A stretch of DNA of 64,000 nucleotides from Amoebophrya sp. A120 (lineage: Eukaryota > Protista > Dinoflagellata), in assembly GCA_905178155.1 (NCBI GenBank), contig CAJINV010000011.1:1139982-1203981 (forward strand). The letters run 5' to 3'. How positions within the stretch are numbered: the first letter of the stretch is position 1; each line of letters opens with the position of its first letter. Under the pieces are notes generated by a model, which worked only from the letters and a program-made list of their open reading frames with translations, searched no databases and was not told the origin of the DNA. A program made the translations under genes and the position numbers. Below, piece by piece: positions 39,796 through 52,106 of this stretch.

Positions 39796-42579
39796 ATGAC
39801 CACACAACTCGATGAGCCGGACCCGGGTGACCGGGGCTTCGGGTTTCTCTTCTTCCTCGCAGAGGGCGTTGTGACCCATCGCCCCGAAGATGCCACGGAC
39901 GACGAAAACGATTCCGACCAGTCTTCTGCCGCGGAAAAGACCTTCTCGGAGGAGGAGTCGCTCTTTTCAAATCATAAGCCAGGGTTTTCTTTCGGAAGAC
40001 TCGGGAATAGGAATGTTCTTGAAACCGACCAAGAACTACAACCTGCCGACGTGCTGGTCGGAGATCATGTTGAAGACCTTTCCGCCTACGCAGACCGACA
40101 GGCGCAGCGGGTTCCTGTCGAGCAACTGCCGATCATGAACAAGGCCCGCCGCGCATTAGGTCGGTTGCGGAAAGATCGCGCGGAACTGCAGGAACTGATG
40201 CATCTGAGAAAACGAAGGCGCGGTCAGCCTGGATCGCTGGGTGGAAGCAAAGATTCATCCGCGGCGGCCACAGTGGTGGTGTCCTCTTTAACGGGACCGG
40301 GAATTCAAGGCCCTAGTACACACCAACTTTTTTACACAGAGAAAGATACTGCACTAGGGGCGGAAGGAGACGAAAGTAACCTTACTGCAGAGGAACAAGC
40401 AAAAAAAGTCAACGGGGGCACCACGACGGCAGCCAAGAATGCTGCCTCGTCCTCTTCTTCCAAGGTAGTGATCGACGACCGCGCGGAGACAACTACCCTC
40501 CTCACAAACCCCTACACAGACGACGCCGGCGACACTGGCGGGTCTGCGTCGTCCGCCGCGAGGAATTTTGTCAACAATGTGATTCCACCGTCCTACTACT
40601 CCAACCTCCAGACCAGCGAGGAGCGGGCGCACAGCACGGACATTCTGACCAAGTCCGTTTCGTTCTGCGAGGGTTTGATGGAGGGGCAGATGCTGACGAT
40701 TTTCTACCTGTTCAAGGACACCTACCACCTGGACCCTGCTCCGGTCGGGCTGCTGACCGCGATCACGCACGTGCCCTTCGTTCTCAAGCCCTGGCTCGCA
40801 CATTGGGTGGATAGCAGGGGCGATGACGAGGACGCGGAACGCGCAGTCAAACGTGATGAGGAGCAGAAAATTTCACTCGTCGATGGGACCACCGGTGCGG
40901 ACCGGGACGAAAATCCTGCTGCAACTGCTTTATCCGCGGCAAACAACGACCTGAACAGCCGGAAACTGCAGCAGCGGAAGCTCTTACTGCTCTCCGTGAA
41001 CGCAATTTCCGCCATCGCGCACGTGGTAATCTCCGCGAAGCATCCCGCATTTTCCTTCTTTTCTCTGATTGCCATCCGCTTCGGAAACTGCATGTCGCAG
41101 ACTGTGGCGCAGGCATTGGTGATAACGGGCACTAGGGAGAAAAGCACGAAGGAAGCAATGAATGGGACGAGTGAGGTTGGACAGCGGGAACGCAGCAGCA
41201 GCTCCACTGCAGGACAACACCTCCCAGCCGCAGACAACAACCCACTCAGCCATAACGCCGCAGCCTCCGCCGTTTCCGGATTCTTCTACTACCGTGCGGT
41301 CGGCGCACTGATTGCGGCCTACTCCAGCGGTGCGCTGATGCACCGGGGCGTGGCACCGTCGACTTTGCTGAACTGCATGACCATGTTCCCATTGTCGATC
41401 GTGGCGGCGACTCTGATTCTCCAGAATTCCTTCGACGACTGCGTCGGCGCCGAGGACGTCAGCAGGCAAAGCTCCGCGGCTTTCGCGAGGCAGTATTCCG
41501 AACACATGGTGAACCGAGGCAACAGCAATGGTGCACCAGAGGGAGGCCTGGCTTCCGGAGCACGAACGGGAGTAACAAGTCGCGATCCAACACTACAAGA
41601 GTCGGAGGAAATACCCGACCAGTTAAGCATCCGTTCTCTCGCCAGCCGCATGTACCACGACCGCAGGGTTTTCCTTCCAGCGGCGTTTGTCATGCTGTAC
41701 ATTTTCGGTCCGAACTACGACGACGCACTGAATTTCTTCTACATCAACCGCCTGCACTGGACGCCCGACTTCCTCGGGGCGATCCAGCTGGCACACCACA
41801 CCGCGAAAATTGTCGCGATGGCCTCATACGGGCTGTTTCTGTACCAAACGCCGACGAAAAAACTGTACCAGACCTGCGCGGTGCTCTCCGCCGTGATGTT
41901 CGCCACGCCGGCTTTGATCACCACCGGCGCGTACCAATATCTGCACATCAACCCGAAATTCCTAGCTCTCGCCGGGGAAGTGCTGCGAGACAGCTTCGGA
42001 TGGCTGTTGATGCTCCCGATCTTCACGGACTGTGTGAAACGGTTTGCCCCGCCCGGGCGGGAGGCGACCACGTTTGCCATGGTGTCGTTCCTGCCTACAG
42101 TGGCGCGGTTTGTCAACAAATTGAACAGTGCGATGTGTGTGCAGTTGTTGGGGATCACCGCCACGAATTTCGACCACTTGACCCTGTTCGTCTTCATCGT
42201 AGCCGGATCGACGGTGTTGCCGGCACTGGTGGTGGATTTGAGTGAATTGGATAAGGAAGAAACAGCGGTGGCAGGGGACGAGAGAGTGATGCAGGTGGAA
42301 TATGATGTTGGCCACCCCCTGCAGTCTTCTCGTGCGGACAAAGCAGGCGGCTTTTCATCAAACTCGCCGTCGAACAGGCCGCAGTCACCCGATTCACAGA
42401 TCGTGGAGCTAGAAGATAATTCGGACCTGCAAGTTGTAGGCGGTACTGCTGGGGTGGTAACTGGGACGGAAGACGACGAGCTTTCGACCTTCAATTTTGT
42501 CCGCAACAACAAATCATCGGCGAGAGGAGGATCGCAGCCTGCTGGGGGAAGTCAGTTGGGGCTGCCGGCGATGGCATAA
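39796..42579 (+). CDS. BT1/FBT-family folate-biopterin transporter (MFS), 927 aa, apparently intronless
   Basis: FYLFKDTYHLDPA..PFVLKPWLAHWVD, FFYINRLHWTPDFLG and PPGREATTFA motifs, with multiple hydrophobic helices. Confidence 0.85.
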   Translation: MTTQLDEPDPGDRGFGFLFFLAEGVVTHRPEDATDDENDSDQSSAAEKTFSEEESLFSNHKPGFSFGRLGNRNVLETDQELQPADVLVGDHVEDLSAYADRQAQRVPVEQLPIMNKARRALGRLRKDRAELQELMHLRKRRRGQPGSLGGSKDSSAAATVVVSSLTGPGIQGPSTHQLFYTEKDTALGAEGDESNLTAEEQAKKVNGGTTTAAKNAASSSSSKVVIDDRAETTTLLTNPYTDDAGDTGGSASSAARNFVNNVIPPSYYSNLQTSEERAHSTDILTKSVSFCEGLMEGQMLTIFYLFKDTYHLDPAPVGLLTAITHVPFVLKPWLAHWVDSRGDDEDAERAVKRDEEQKISLVDGTTGADRDENPAATALSAANNDLNSRKLQQRKLLLLSVNAISAIAHVVISAKHPAFSFFSLIAIRFGNCMSQTVAQALVITGTREKSTKEAMNGTSEVGQRERSSSSTAGQHLPAADNNPLSHNAAASAVSGFFYYRAVGALIAAYSSGALMHRGVAPSTLLNCMTMFPLSIVAATLILQNSFDDCVGAEDVSRQSSAAFARQYSEHMVNRGNSNGAPEGGLASGARTGVTSRDPTLQESEEIPDQLSIRSLASRMYHDRRVFLPAAFVMLYIFGPNYDDALNFFYINRLHWTPDFLGAIQLAHHTAKIVAMASYGLFLYQTPTKKLYQTCAVLSAVMFATPALITTGAYQYLHINPKFLALAGEVLRDSFGWLLMLPIFTDCVKRFAPPGREATTFAMVSFLPTVARFVNKLNSAMCVQLLGITATNFDHLTLFVFIVAGSTVLPALVVDLSELDKEETAVAGDERVMQVEYDVGHPLQSSRADKAGGFSSNSPSNRPQSPDSQIVELEDNSDLQVVGGTAGVVTGTEDDELSTFNFVRNNKSSARGGSQPAGGSQLGLPAMA

Positions 42580-43841
42580 CTCGGGTAAAAGGGATGTAGC
42601 TGTAAGATTATTAAGTAGATACTCGCAGGGAGTGGGAGGTGAGGAATGCAGATGTAGTTGACCGGTTCCGTTCCTGCAATTCTAATTCTGACTGTCGGAA
42701 GATCCGGATCGTGTGGAGCGGTCACCATGCGCATACAGATCTGAATTTGCCTCGAGCTTGATTTCGCGTTCTGCGTAGTCAGCACCGCAAACCAGAAGCT
42801 CAGGAGCGACGTGACCCTCCAGCTACCTGAAAATGTAACAGTCACTTCAAGTTGTACCTGCTTCGCCTTGTATGATGCCCGCTTCTTGATGTTCAACATC
42901 ATCATGATCATCTTCTAATCAATTACCGTGGTTTCACTTTCAGTTGTTCCGCTTACAACTACACTTCTTCGTATTAGATAATGTCGCAGCACGACGAGCA
43001 CGTAGAAAGAGATTGTTGAAAAACATAATGTACGAACAAGAACAACGTCAACGCCCCAACAATGAGGACTGTGTCGCCCTTGTACTTGTAGTCCGTCAAG
43101 CTGCCTAGCAGTGTCACGACTCCAGGATAGGAACGGCACGAATGAAAATCCAAATTAGAGTATAGTTTATCGACCAGGTCTTCATCGTCGTCCTGTTCCA
43201 ACGGATAATTTTTTGAATGAACCTTCACGTGCACCTGCTGTGCGAAAGATAACGAGCGACCGCCACAACAATAAAGGAATCTGTGCCTGAAGTACAGAAG
43301 GCATGGCTGCAGGAGTTCCTTTAATTACGTAAAAGTATCTCTATTCGCGATCCCAACTTGAGCACGGAAGCGAGAACCCCAAGAAGGATCGCTGAAAAGA
43401 AACTGTAGCTGTCGCGTAGCCGTAGCTTTTGCGTGCGCCCGCGCAGCCTGGTTGTTCTCACCAAGATGGAGTACACAAAGTGTGCGCTAACGCTCGATGT
43501 GAAACTGACTATCGGCTGCTTGACTTGGTATCGCGTTTGCAAGAGCAAGAGATCTATTGCCGCTTCTTCAAAAAATAGTCGCTCTAGGTTTTCTTCGCAA
43601 CCACAACCAAAAGTGAATCTCCAGTGTCCTGAGTATCCGTTCCAGAAGTAGATATGACCCACCTCTTGTTCGCGATTTTGTATGGTTATTTTGAGGATGT
43701 TTTTTCAATTTATTTTCCCAGTTGATGCTGATGCACAAATTTTTAAACGCGTTGCTTATATTCATGATCGTTGACAGCAGGACCGAGGATGATATTGATC
43801 TGTTCTAGTCCGTGTCCGTGAACAAGAAGATCTTCAGTATA

Positions 43842-46800
43842 ATGAGTACTTCTTTGACAGATCCGCGGCTGCTTGATTTTGAGGCATTGACGCCCTCAGC
43901 TGCAGCCGGAGTTGAAAGCGTGCAGAACACCGAAGAAGCACCAAAGGAGAATTGCAGCAATGATTTATCCACGGTGGACGGATCTTTTTTGCATCTCCAA
44001 ATTGTGCGTGACGTATCCCAGACTGGAGGTCCCGAGGCGGAAGCTGCTACCGCAACGAATGTCTCTAGCGGTGGCGTGTATGGAAGATTTTTGCAATGGA
44101 TTTTCCTAGGAATTATGATGCCGGCTGCTTTCGGAGCCGATGCCAACGAGGAACTTGACATAGTGCACCAGCAGCGCGTTCACTATCCGGATGGCCGACA
44201 GACTTACCGCATCGTGTGGTCAGCCGTCGTTTCTGCCCTATGCAAGCGGGAGACGAAAATACGACCAAGTCGTGTAACTGTCGTTGATCCGGCTTTTGCG
44301 GAGTGGCTCCGGAAAGAAGGGCTGTCCGTGCGAGCGCAGTTGCAGACTAAGGTTGATCTCGTTGCGCGTAACGCTGCAATTGTACGACAAGAAGAGGCAG
44401 ACGGTTGTGCAGGAGAAATATCGAAGGTATCGTTGTCAGCCTGGGTTGGTAACACTTTGTCCCGAATACTCGCGCGGTCAAGGGACATTAGCGGTACTCT
44501 GATCTTCGCAGAAGAGAACGCAGTAGCAGTTCCTGACCGCCCGACACTAAAACTACAAGACGATCAGCATCATCACAGTCACAGTGGTCGTGGTCTCACC
44601 CAATCATCTGGTGGTGAAGATGATGAAAATCTACCACAAAAGAAAAACGCTGCTGGTTCTTCATCGGAGGGCTTCGTTGGAGTTTCTGCCCAAACACGTG
44701 CTGCAGGCGAAGGCGTGGCGGGAGTTAGCGAAACCGACGCTCCGCCTACGATTTTTGCTACTTCTTTATTTCGAAAGGACAGCCGGGTTGTCATCCGAGG
44801 GTTGCAGTCGGCTGAGGGAAAGCTACTAAATGGACTCTTGGGAGCAATTCTCGAGGATACACCCAACTCCGCAGGCAGGTGGCGTGTGAACATTTTATCG
44901 ACAGTGAACATGCAGGCTGCAGTGGCTTTGAAGCCTGAGAACTTGTGGAAACCACAATTTTCACTCGGGGAGCATGTCGATGTCCGCCTTCGTCGCAGGG
45001 AAGATTGTCAAGTGACAACTGACACTGGAAGAAGTTGTGCGGTGGACATCAACAAATCGGGAGAAGAGCTTGGGCGAGAAGAAAAGCTGGCTTCCGCCAT
45101 TGTAATGGGCTACAGCGTAGTCATTTCTTCAGCCTGCGGTGCAGGACAAGAGGAATATCTCGTAGAAATTTTACCAAGCGGCGATGGCGTCGCAACCGGT
45201 AGTTCTGAGCAGCCGGAGATCGCCGGGACAACGACCGCAGCAGCTGCAGTAGTATCGCCTGGCACGACCGGCACACAACATCATCAACAATCTCGTCCTC
45301 GTCCGGAGGTGGACCACGTCGGACGAGACACCACGCGCATCCTTGGGAAGCCACTGATTCTGAAACGAGTGAAGGAAATGGATTTGCTTCAATCTGCTAC
45401 GAGTGGGAAGGTACTTCCTTTTCGGGAGAAAGAACTTCTATGGAACTACGATGAAAATGGAGTGTGTCAGGGAGTGCGGGTGGAATACCGTGTATACATG
45501 CCATTCAATCCGGCCATGTGGCTCCTTGTCGTCAAGAATGTGAGGGGATCGAGAGATGGCGCCCTGTATTGTGACCACATCACGCCGGAGGGACTCGTTT
45601 TTCCGGGAGAGACGATCGACCAAGCCATGTTGCGACTGTATGCACAGAATCACATTCCGATCCGGGGTCGGGACGACGAACAGAGCATTGCGGATTTGGT
45701 TTCGGGTCGGCACGACAACTCTTACTTGCACCCACCACCGTGCGACGCGGAGTTTGACGACCTGGTCGAAAATTTTCTAAACAAACCTCTGCCCCGGCCA
45801 GGAGATGTGGATGATCATGAAGAGACGCAATCTACAACCGAATCGCCCGAGCAGAGCCAGGCCGCTGCCAAAAACTCTTTCTACCGGAAAAGTCGGGTCA
45901 TGAACCGCTTGAGGTATCTTCTGCAGTCGCGCGATGAGCTCGACATGACACAAACAAGACTTCGCCGGCTCGAGCTTGCCCTCACGAAAGAGGAGGATGG
46001 AATGATAGACTACCCTGGCGCTTCGCGCAGTGCGAAGCGCACCATGTGCCCCTGGCGATCGCAGGCGGTCGAACTTGCTCGCATCATAGACGGTCGAGCA
46101 GATATTTCGTTAGACCAGAAAATCGGAAGAAGTACATACTTTTTCGCGCACCCGCTTGCATGACGGGCCGCTTTCGTTTCGCTTCGGGGGCGGCGGGGTG
46201 CCCCGACAGTACACCCGGCCCGAGGACCTCGCTGCGCCATGCAGCGGCTCGGGGGTTGTGGCTTGCCAAAGAGAGCCGGGGCGGCCTCCCGACCTCGAAG
46301 CCCGCCAAGAGCGAGAAACGCCGCCCCACCAAGCGGCCTCCCCGCGGGCCCGTCCCGGTCGGGCCGGTGCGCCGCCGCCATGTTTTTTGCCGGAAGCGCA
46401 TGGGCCTGCTCGCCGTACCGGAGGGGCCGGCCCTCGAAGCAGTAGGGTGGGCGCGCGCCCCTAAGGTGGGGCCTGCTTCGGCCCCAACAACAGCCGCCCC
46501 ACAATTGGGGGGCCGGGAAGGGGGGCCCGGAAGGCGCGCGGGCCCCCCTTCTGGAGGGGGGGGTAAAAAGGGGGCCGAATTGGCCCAATTCTGCCGCCTT
46601 TTTTAGGGGGGGGCAAAAAATGGCCTTCCCCCGCTACTACAGGGGGGGGGCAAAATGAGCCAGAATCGGGCACATTTTACCCCCCCTCAAAAAGGGAGGC
46701 GAATTGGGCCAATTCGGGCCCCCTTTTCCCCCCCCTCCGAAAGGGGGAGGCGCGCGCGCCTCTTGGGGGGCCTGCAGTTCACCCGCCGGCCGGGGCCCCG

Positions 46801-49800
46801 GAATGAAGGGAAAAGGCGCGCCAGGCCGCAGCCAAAGCAAGAGCTTTTCCGGGCCCGGAAGGGCTTCGCGTTGGGGCCCCGGGATGCGCGCCGCGTCTGT
46901 TGTGTGTCCCCGACGTGGGCCCAGCGTGGGGGCGGGTGGCGAGGTGTTGGCTGTGTGCCGTCGCCTTCCTATCTACGCCAAGCCGACCCGCCCCGGCCCC
47001 GGCCGCGCAGCCGCAATGCCGGGGGCTAATTTTTCCGGGATAAAACAACCCGGAACGCGGTCGCGCCTTCGCACCCCCCAACCTCATTCAGCCCGCGACC
47101 CCCGTTGCAAGGGGATGCGCAAAAAAACATGTACTTCTTCCGATTTTCTGGTCTAATTTCGGCGGCCGACAAGGATCACTTTTTTGACATTTGCGTTCAG
47201 GAGTGCCACAAGGACGGCACATATCTTGACACAGTTGTTCGCGCTCGTGAGGAACAGGACAAGCACTATACTAATGCGGCGCACTTGGCCGTGGGAATTG
47301 GTGCTGTTGTGGTGGACCGCGAATCAACTCCTTTGGCCCGGCGAGGGAGTCTTGCCCGCGAAGCGCTTCGACTGCGTCCGGACGTAAGCGATGCGGTGTT
47401 TGGTCTGGCATTGGAACTGCGCGCTCGTGGGCAGTGCGCGCTCGCGCTGGAGTTCGTTGCGCAGGCAATTCATGATCATCATGCGCAGAACGCAAAATAC
47501 CGCGACGCGATGCAAGAGCTGTTTGGTGTTGCACTGAGCGCCACAACCACATTGGAAGGGACTCGTCCGGCCGGGATGGACCTGGCGATTTACAGTGCGA
47601 TGTGCGATCCCGCCAAGATCCAAAGATTCCCTCATTTGCGAGTTCGGTTCGACGTAATGGGCAACCGACCGTATCTGCGCCAACTGCAGATGAAGGCCGT
47701 CCTTCTTGCGGATCTGGGGCGAGCGAGGCAAGCACTGCTAGTTGGAAAAGTCATGCTTGCGATGGATCCAGAGGATCACTGCAACATGCGGGGTCTCTGC
47801 TGCAATTGGTGCATTATCACGAGGGATTTCGACTACCTGCAACACGCACTCGAAAACAATCCCGTACCGGAGGTACAAGAGACGAGGGCCGACGTGCGCT
47901 TCGCATGCCTTTGGCTGGGTATTCAAGACAATAATGTGGGGGCGACACCAGCACTGCGTGCTCGCTTCCTAAAGGCTCTCGAGGACCACCCTGTTTGCCC
48001 AAGTTTCATTCTCGCGCGCGCAAGCTGCACAGGCGAAGCCCCTCCTGGTCTCGGCCCCGAGGACTCCGCCGCGCGCGAGGAACTCTCGTATCACCGAGCG
48101 AACTCTGATGCACTGTTGGAAGCTTTCAGTCGCTCAGACCTAGCGTCTGTGGTAATGAACAGGGGAATGGCTCCGATGCGCAAGGGAGGCGTGTTGGTGC
48201 ATGATGAGGCAAGGCGATACGCAAGCAACTTTGCGAGGAGTGTATGGCGCGATGGCGCGCCGCTGCCTGGCGGCCGCAACGGGTGCGATTGGTTGCGCGA
48301 ACAAATGACAGCGCATTCGCGGCGACCGACTGAGGCAGAATTGCGAAGGCTGCTAGGAAGACGTCGGATACTCTTGAGACTGAAGTCGCCGCACGAAGAT
48401 CAATCTGCGAACTCCACTACAATGAGCCCGCCGCCGCCCTTCCCGGCTGATGCCGCCGGGTCGCGGTCTCCTCTACGGCATGTTCACGCAACTAACCGTA
48501 TGCGAATGGTCGCTTATCCGAGTCGACCCGAACGACAGGTATACGTGGATCGCTTGCGAGAGACTTCAGCTGTGGGCCCTACAGGAGAAGTGGATACGAG
48601 GATGCTCTTTGTTGTCCACGACGAGCTGCAAGGCGAATGGACATCCTTCACATACGACGACGTGGTCGACGCTCCACTAATAAACTTGCTGCTGCAGTGC
48701 CCGGCGCCTCGCGACTTTGCGTCGCCGTCCGAGGATCAGGCATTGGCACGCATAAATGCCGAGGCAGCGCAGCGGGAGCAAGAACGGGCACGAACACGGG
48801 CGCAAAACGAAGACGCGGCGCAGGAGCGTGCTCGCTTTGAGGAGGAGGTGAGGACGCAATATTTAGTCCGATATCGTGACGCTAAGGCCGTGGCAAAACA
48901 CGTCTCGGAGCTGGCGCGAAAGCTCGAGGTGCAGATTTTGCGCTCTGAGGAGGCCCGGTCCCCGCACCTCCTTGAAGATTTTGGCGACGGTGACAGCACT
49001 GGCGACGACGGCTCTGCCAGGGGCAGGGTGGCAACACAGCAAAATAAGACAAGAGGTAATTATGACGAAGAAGATGCTTACGCGTGCTGTGCACTAGCAC
49101 TGAAAGAACCTGATATGACGAACAAACTGGTGGAAGCCCTCGCAGCCCTAAAGAAAAAGCTGGATCGTGATGTCCGCAGATTCGTTTCAGACGAAATGGA
49201 AGAAAATCAGGATGTCCTGGCAGCTATCACGCTGCACGACAACGAGTCCCTGTTGGCTGCCTTTCGCCGACTACTTGAGTCAGCAGAGAATTCCCGCAGT
49301 CTACTCGATAATTTGATCGCGCGCGCCTCCAATATGGACTTCGACTTAGAACAAAAAATACCAGGAAGGCTAGACCAGATCAAAACGAACGATCAGAAGG
49401 AACTGCATGGGGAAGTAACTGCTCCACTGAGTGCTCGGCAAAGCACAGGAGCGAGGACGTTGTCAGGAGCCCGAACACCGTCGACAGCTTCTTCTTCGCC
49501 GACAGGAAACAACGACCGACATGAGGAAGTTGTAGACACGCAAGATGAAATCATTGCAGGTGGCTTTGCAGCGCCGGGGGTTCAGAGCACGACGAGCGGA
49601 AACTTCGTCTGCGCACTCACTGACGATAAAGACACTTTTATGTCTTCGAACCCAAATAGAATTACACTCACGAATGAGTCGAACAGGGACGCACTTCGCT
49701 TCTTGTGGAAGTGTGAGCAATGTGGTGAGCAAATCCCGAAAGGGAACACCAACGCCCGCAGAAATCACACGAAGAAATGTCCGAAGCGCTTGATCTTTTG

Positions 49801-51037
49801 CGACAGGGACCACTGCAGGATGCATGTGACTGCGGACCGGTTTGAATATCACCAGGAGGCAGAGTGCGAGTCCCGTGACGTGGAGTGCTCTCAGTGTGGG
49901 TACGATAAAGTTCCCGCTTGGCGCCTGGAGGACCATATGCGAACAGATTGTCCATGTCGTCTTGTGCAGTGCGACTTGCACGCGAGCGGCTGTGCCTGGG
50001 CGGGCCCGCTCGAAGAGCGCCCCAGGCATTATCTAACGTGCCCATATGCGCCAACTGAGTGTCCACAATGCCTGGAGGTATTCCCCCAGCACCAGCGTGC
50101 CGCCCATCGCTGCAAGCGTGTCGACCCCCGTGGGGAGTGCCTTATCTGTTTCGAATCGTGGTCCACATTGGTTTCGAAGCGCGGCAGCCCCCCTGCAATA
50201 TTCCTTCGCGATGGGCGCCGTACCTGTGTCTGCAAGTCCCACAACATCTGCCTTGGCTGCGCAGACAAAGTGACGCACACAAGCGAGAACGGAAACGCAG
50301 CGTGTCCATTTTGCAGAAGGGAGTGCGACTCGGCGACACCACTGCCGATAAGCTTACTACTGGGGGTTCCAGATACCACGACTGCCAGAGCTGCAAAAGC
50401 AGGCAAAAACAAAAGGTCGCCGGAGAATAGTTCTCCCCCTACTCGAGCGCGGCATGAGGACAAGGCGTTTCGGTTTACGGACGTTCTCTGCCGTCCTCCG
50501 GCTGACGCCGCTTTCGGTCGTACTTTCTGGGTTTCGCCACTCGACCTGCGCTTCACGCACGACTCGGTCAAATCCGAATTCCGCGACTACTATGACCCGG
50601 ATGTCAAGAAACACAGGTCGCAGCAGAGCATCCTTGGGTCGATCCGCGAAGTATTGCGCATGCAGTCTGCCGGCCTCGTTCCATTGCGGCTTGAGTGTCT
50701 GGATGTGTGTTGGGAAAGCGCGTCGGTGCCGCGTGGTAGCACGACACGCACACCAGGCGAAGAACAAGGCCAGAACGACCATACGCGGCTTTTGTTTCTC
50801 GCTGGAACCGGAAATCGCAGACTCACCATGTGGAGGCTGCTCGCCCTATTTCGTCCGCATCAGTTCTCGCTCATAAAAGTCAGGATCGTGGACCGGGCTG
50901 ACCCGCGAATCAAATTTGACGAAAAGTGCACAACGAAAGACGAGGGGAGGTCGATTTATGTGCGAGGCTGTGGGAATGTCGGACTTGCGAAAGATGAGAT
51001 CACTTGGAAGGAGGCGCTTGATCTGCTTAGGGACTAA
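43842..51037 (+). CDS. Multidomain protein (SH3-like barrel, TPR-like, TRAF-type Zn fingers, RING, C-terminal ParB/Srx-like), ~2047 aa; exons 43842-46109, 47162-51037; paralog of 52107..57635
   Basis: Removing the 1047-bp TIR element plus 5 nt fuses ORFs 43812..46163 and 47105..51037. The junction GRADIS|AADKDHFFDICVQ aligns without gaps to the paralog (RRDDVQPDDKDRFYDNCVQ). CxxC..H..C repeats and a CLICF..CPFCR RING. Could be a disrupted copy if the element is not spliced. Confidence 0.75.
46110..47156. mobile_element. Large GC-rich non-autonomous TIR (foldback-like) element, 1047 bp
   Basis: TIR TTAGACCAGAAAATCGGAAGAAGTACAT (28 bp perfect, ~50 bp imperfect). Direct repeat TTTCG at 46105-46109 and 47157-47161. 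Internal inverted repeat around the centre. No transposase motif seen. Confidence 0.92.
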
Positions 51038-51168
51038 ATGGGAATGGCGCAGTCGGTGAACCAACAGAGACCTGGGCTTCCTTCGGCTTTCACGAAAATA
51101 GACAAAGGACAGAAGTATACAATCTCGAAAGGAAGAGCGCAATCGAAAGCACCCCGGGTGCATCAACA

Positions 51169-51315
51169 TCGCGGGAAGTAGAGTGTCCCCAGTGTGGCGA
51201 AGACACCATTCCCTTCTGGCGCCTCGACGACCACACGAAAACGGAGTGTAGGCGCCGCTTGGTCCCCTGCACCCACGCCCTCAGTGCCGGCTGTACGTGG
51301 ACGGGCGCATTCGAA
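51169..51315 (+). pseudogene. Orphan fragment of a TRAF-zinc-finger coding segment
   Basis: Ungapped match to 56472-56618 (SREVECPQCGEDTIPFWRLDDHTKTECRRR..CTWTGAFE), mostly third-position differences. Flanks are unrelated. Confidence 0.8.
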
Positions 51316-52106
51316 ATAATCTCGCTCAGAGCCAGAAGGACTCAGAAGGGCGTCGCCAAGCAAAATTGTTAAACCATATTCACCACCGCTTCTCGTGGCA
51401 CCCGCAGAAGTCCATCTGTGTGAGTAATACTCGTATGCGTTGTTCCAGATCCAGCTTTAAAAGGTTCCTGTCCGACGTGATGATGTAACCAATGAAACGA
51501 TCCACGTCTCTTCCATGCCGATGCAGCATTTCATTTGAAGCAGCACCAGGTGCAATGCAGGTAAAAAGATCACTCCGGTTTATTTCCGTGCGTGAGAAGT
51601 TTGAGTTTCTATTCCCGGCTTTCGTGTAGTAGGAAAACAATTTCGCACGGCTCAATTGTGACTGGTGATCTCTCTGATTCTGAATGACGCACGTGATGAT
51701 CATGCCTCTTGTCTTCTTCATGATTTTTGTCGGGTCCTCCCCCTTCTGCCGATCCTTACAACGAATGCTACTTAATTAGTAGGCATGGACCTTTCCGCAT
51801 CCGTCCTGGTGCATCGCCATTATAGAGGTGAACGAAAAAAGTGCAGCGAGCAGTTACACGAACAGTCCCAGGATTCATTATGTTCAGAATTTTGGCTGTT
51901 CAAGCTGTAGAAGTATCAATTGGTCTCACAGTCACGGACATAAGTTTAAGTACATGATATTCTCCCATTCGTGTTGAGAATGATGTCTTCTTCATATATT
52001 TGTTTTTGTTTTGCTTTTGGTAAGAAGAAACTCTTCATCAGGAAAGCCAAATTTTGAGTACCAGAAAGCCGCTCACTAGACTACCGTATCCGCAAGAAAT
52101 AAAAAA

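Noticed and set aside
43415-43435. CCGTAGCTTTTG resembling a dinoflagellate spliced-leader relic
   Set aside because: The match is too short and gapped to exceed chance.
46010-47156. Pro/Gly/Arg-rich ORFs inside the GC-rich element as a possible transposase
   Set aside because: No DDE, HUH or recombinase motif is visible; open frames are expected at this GC content.
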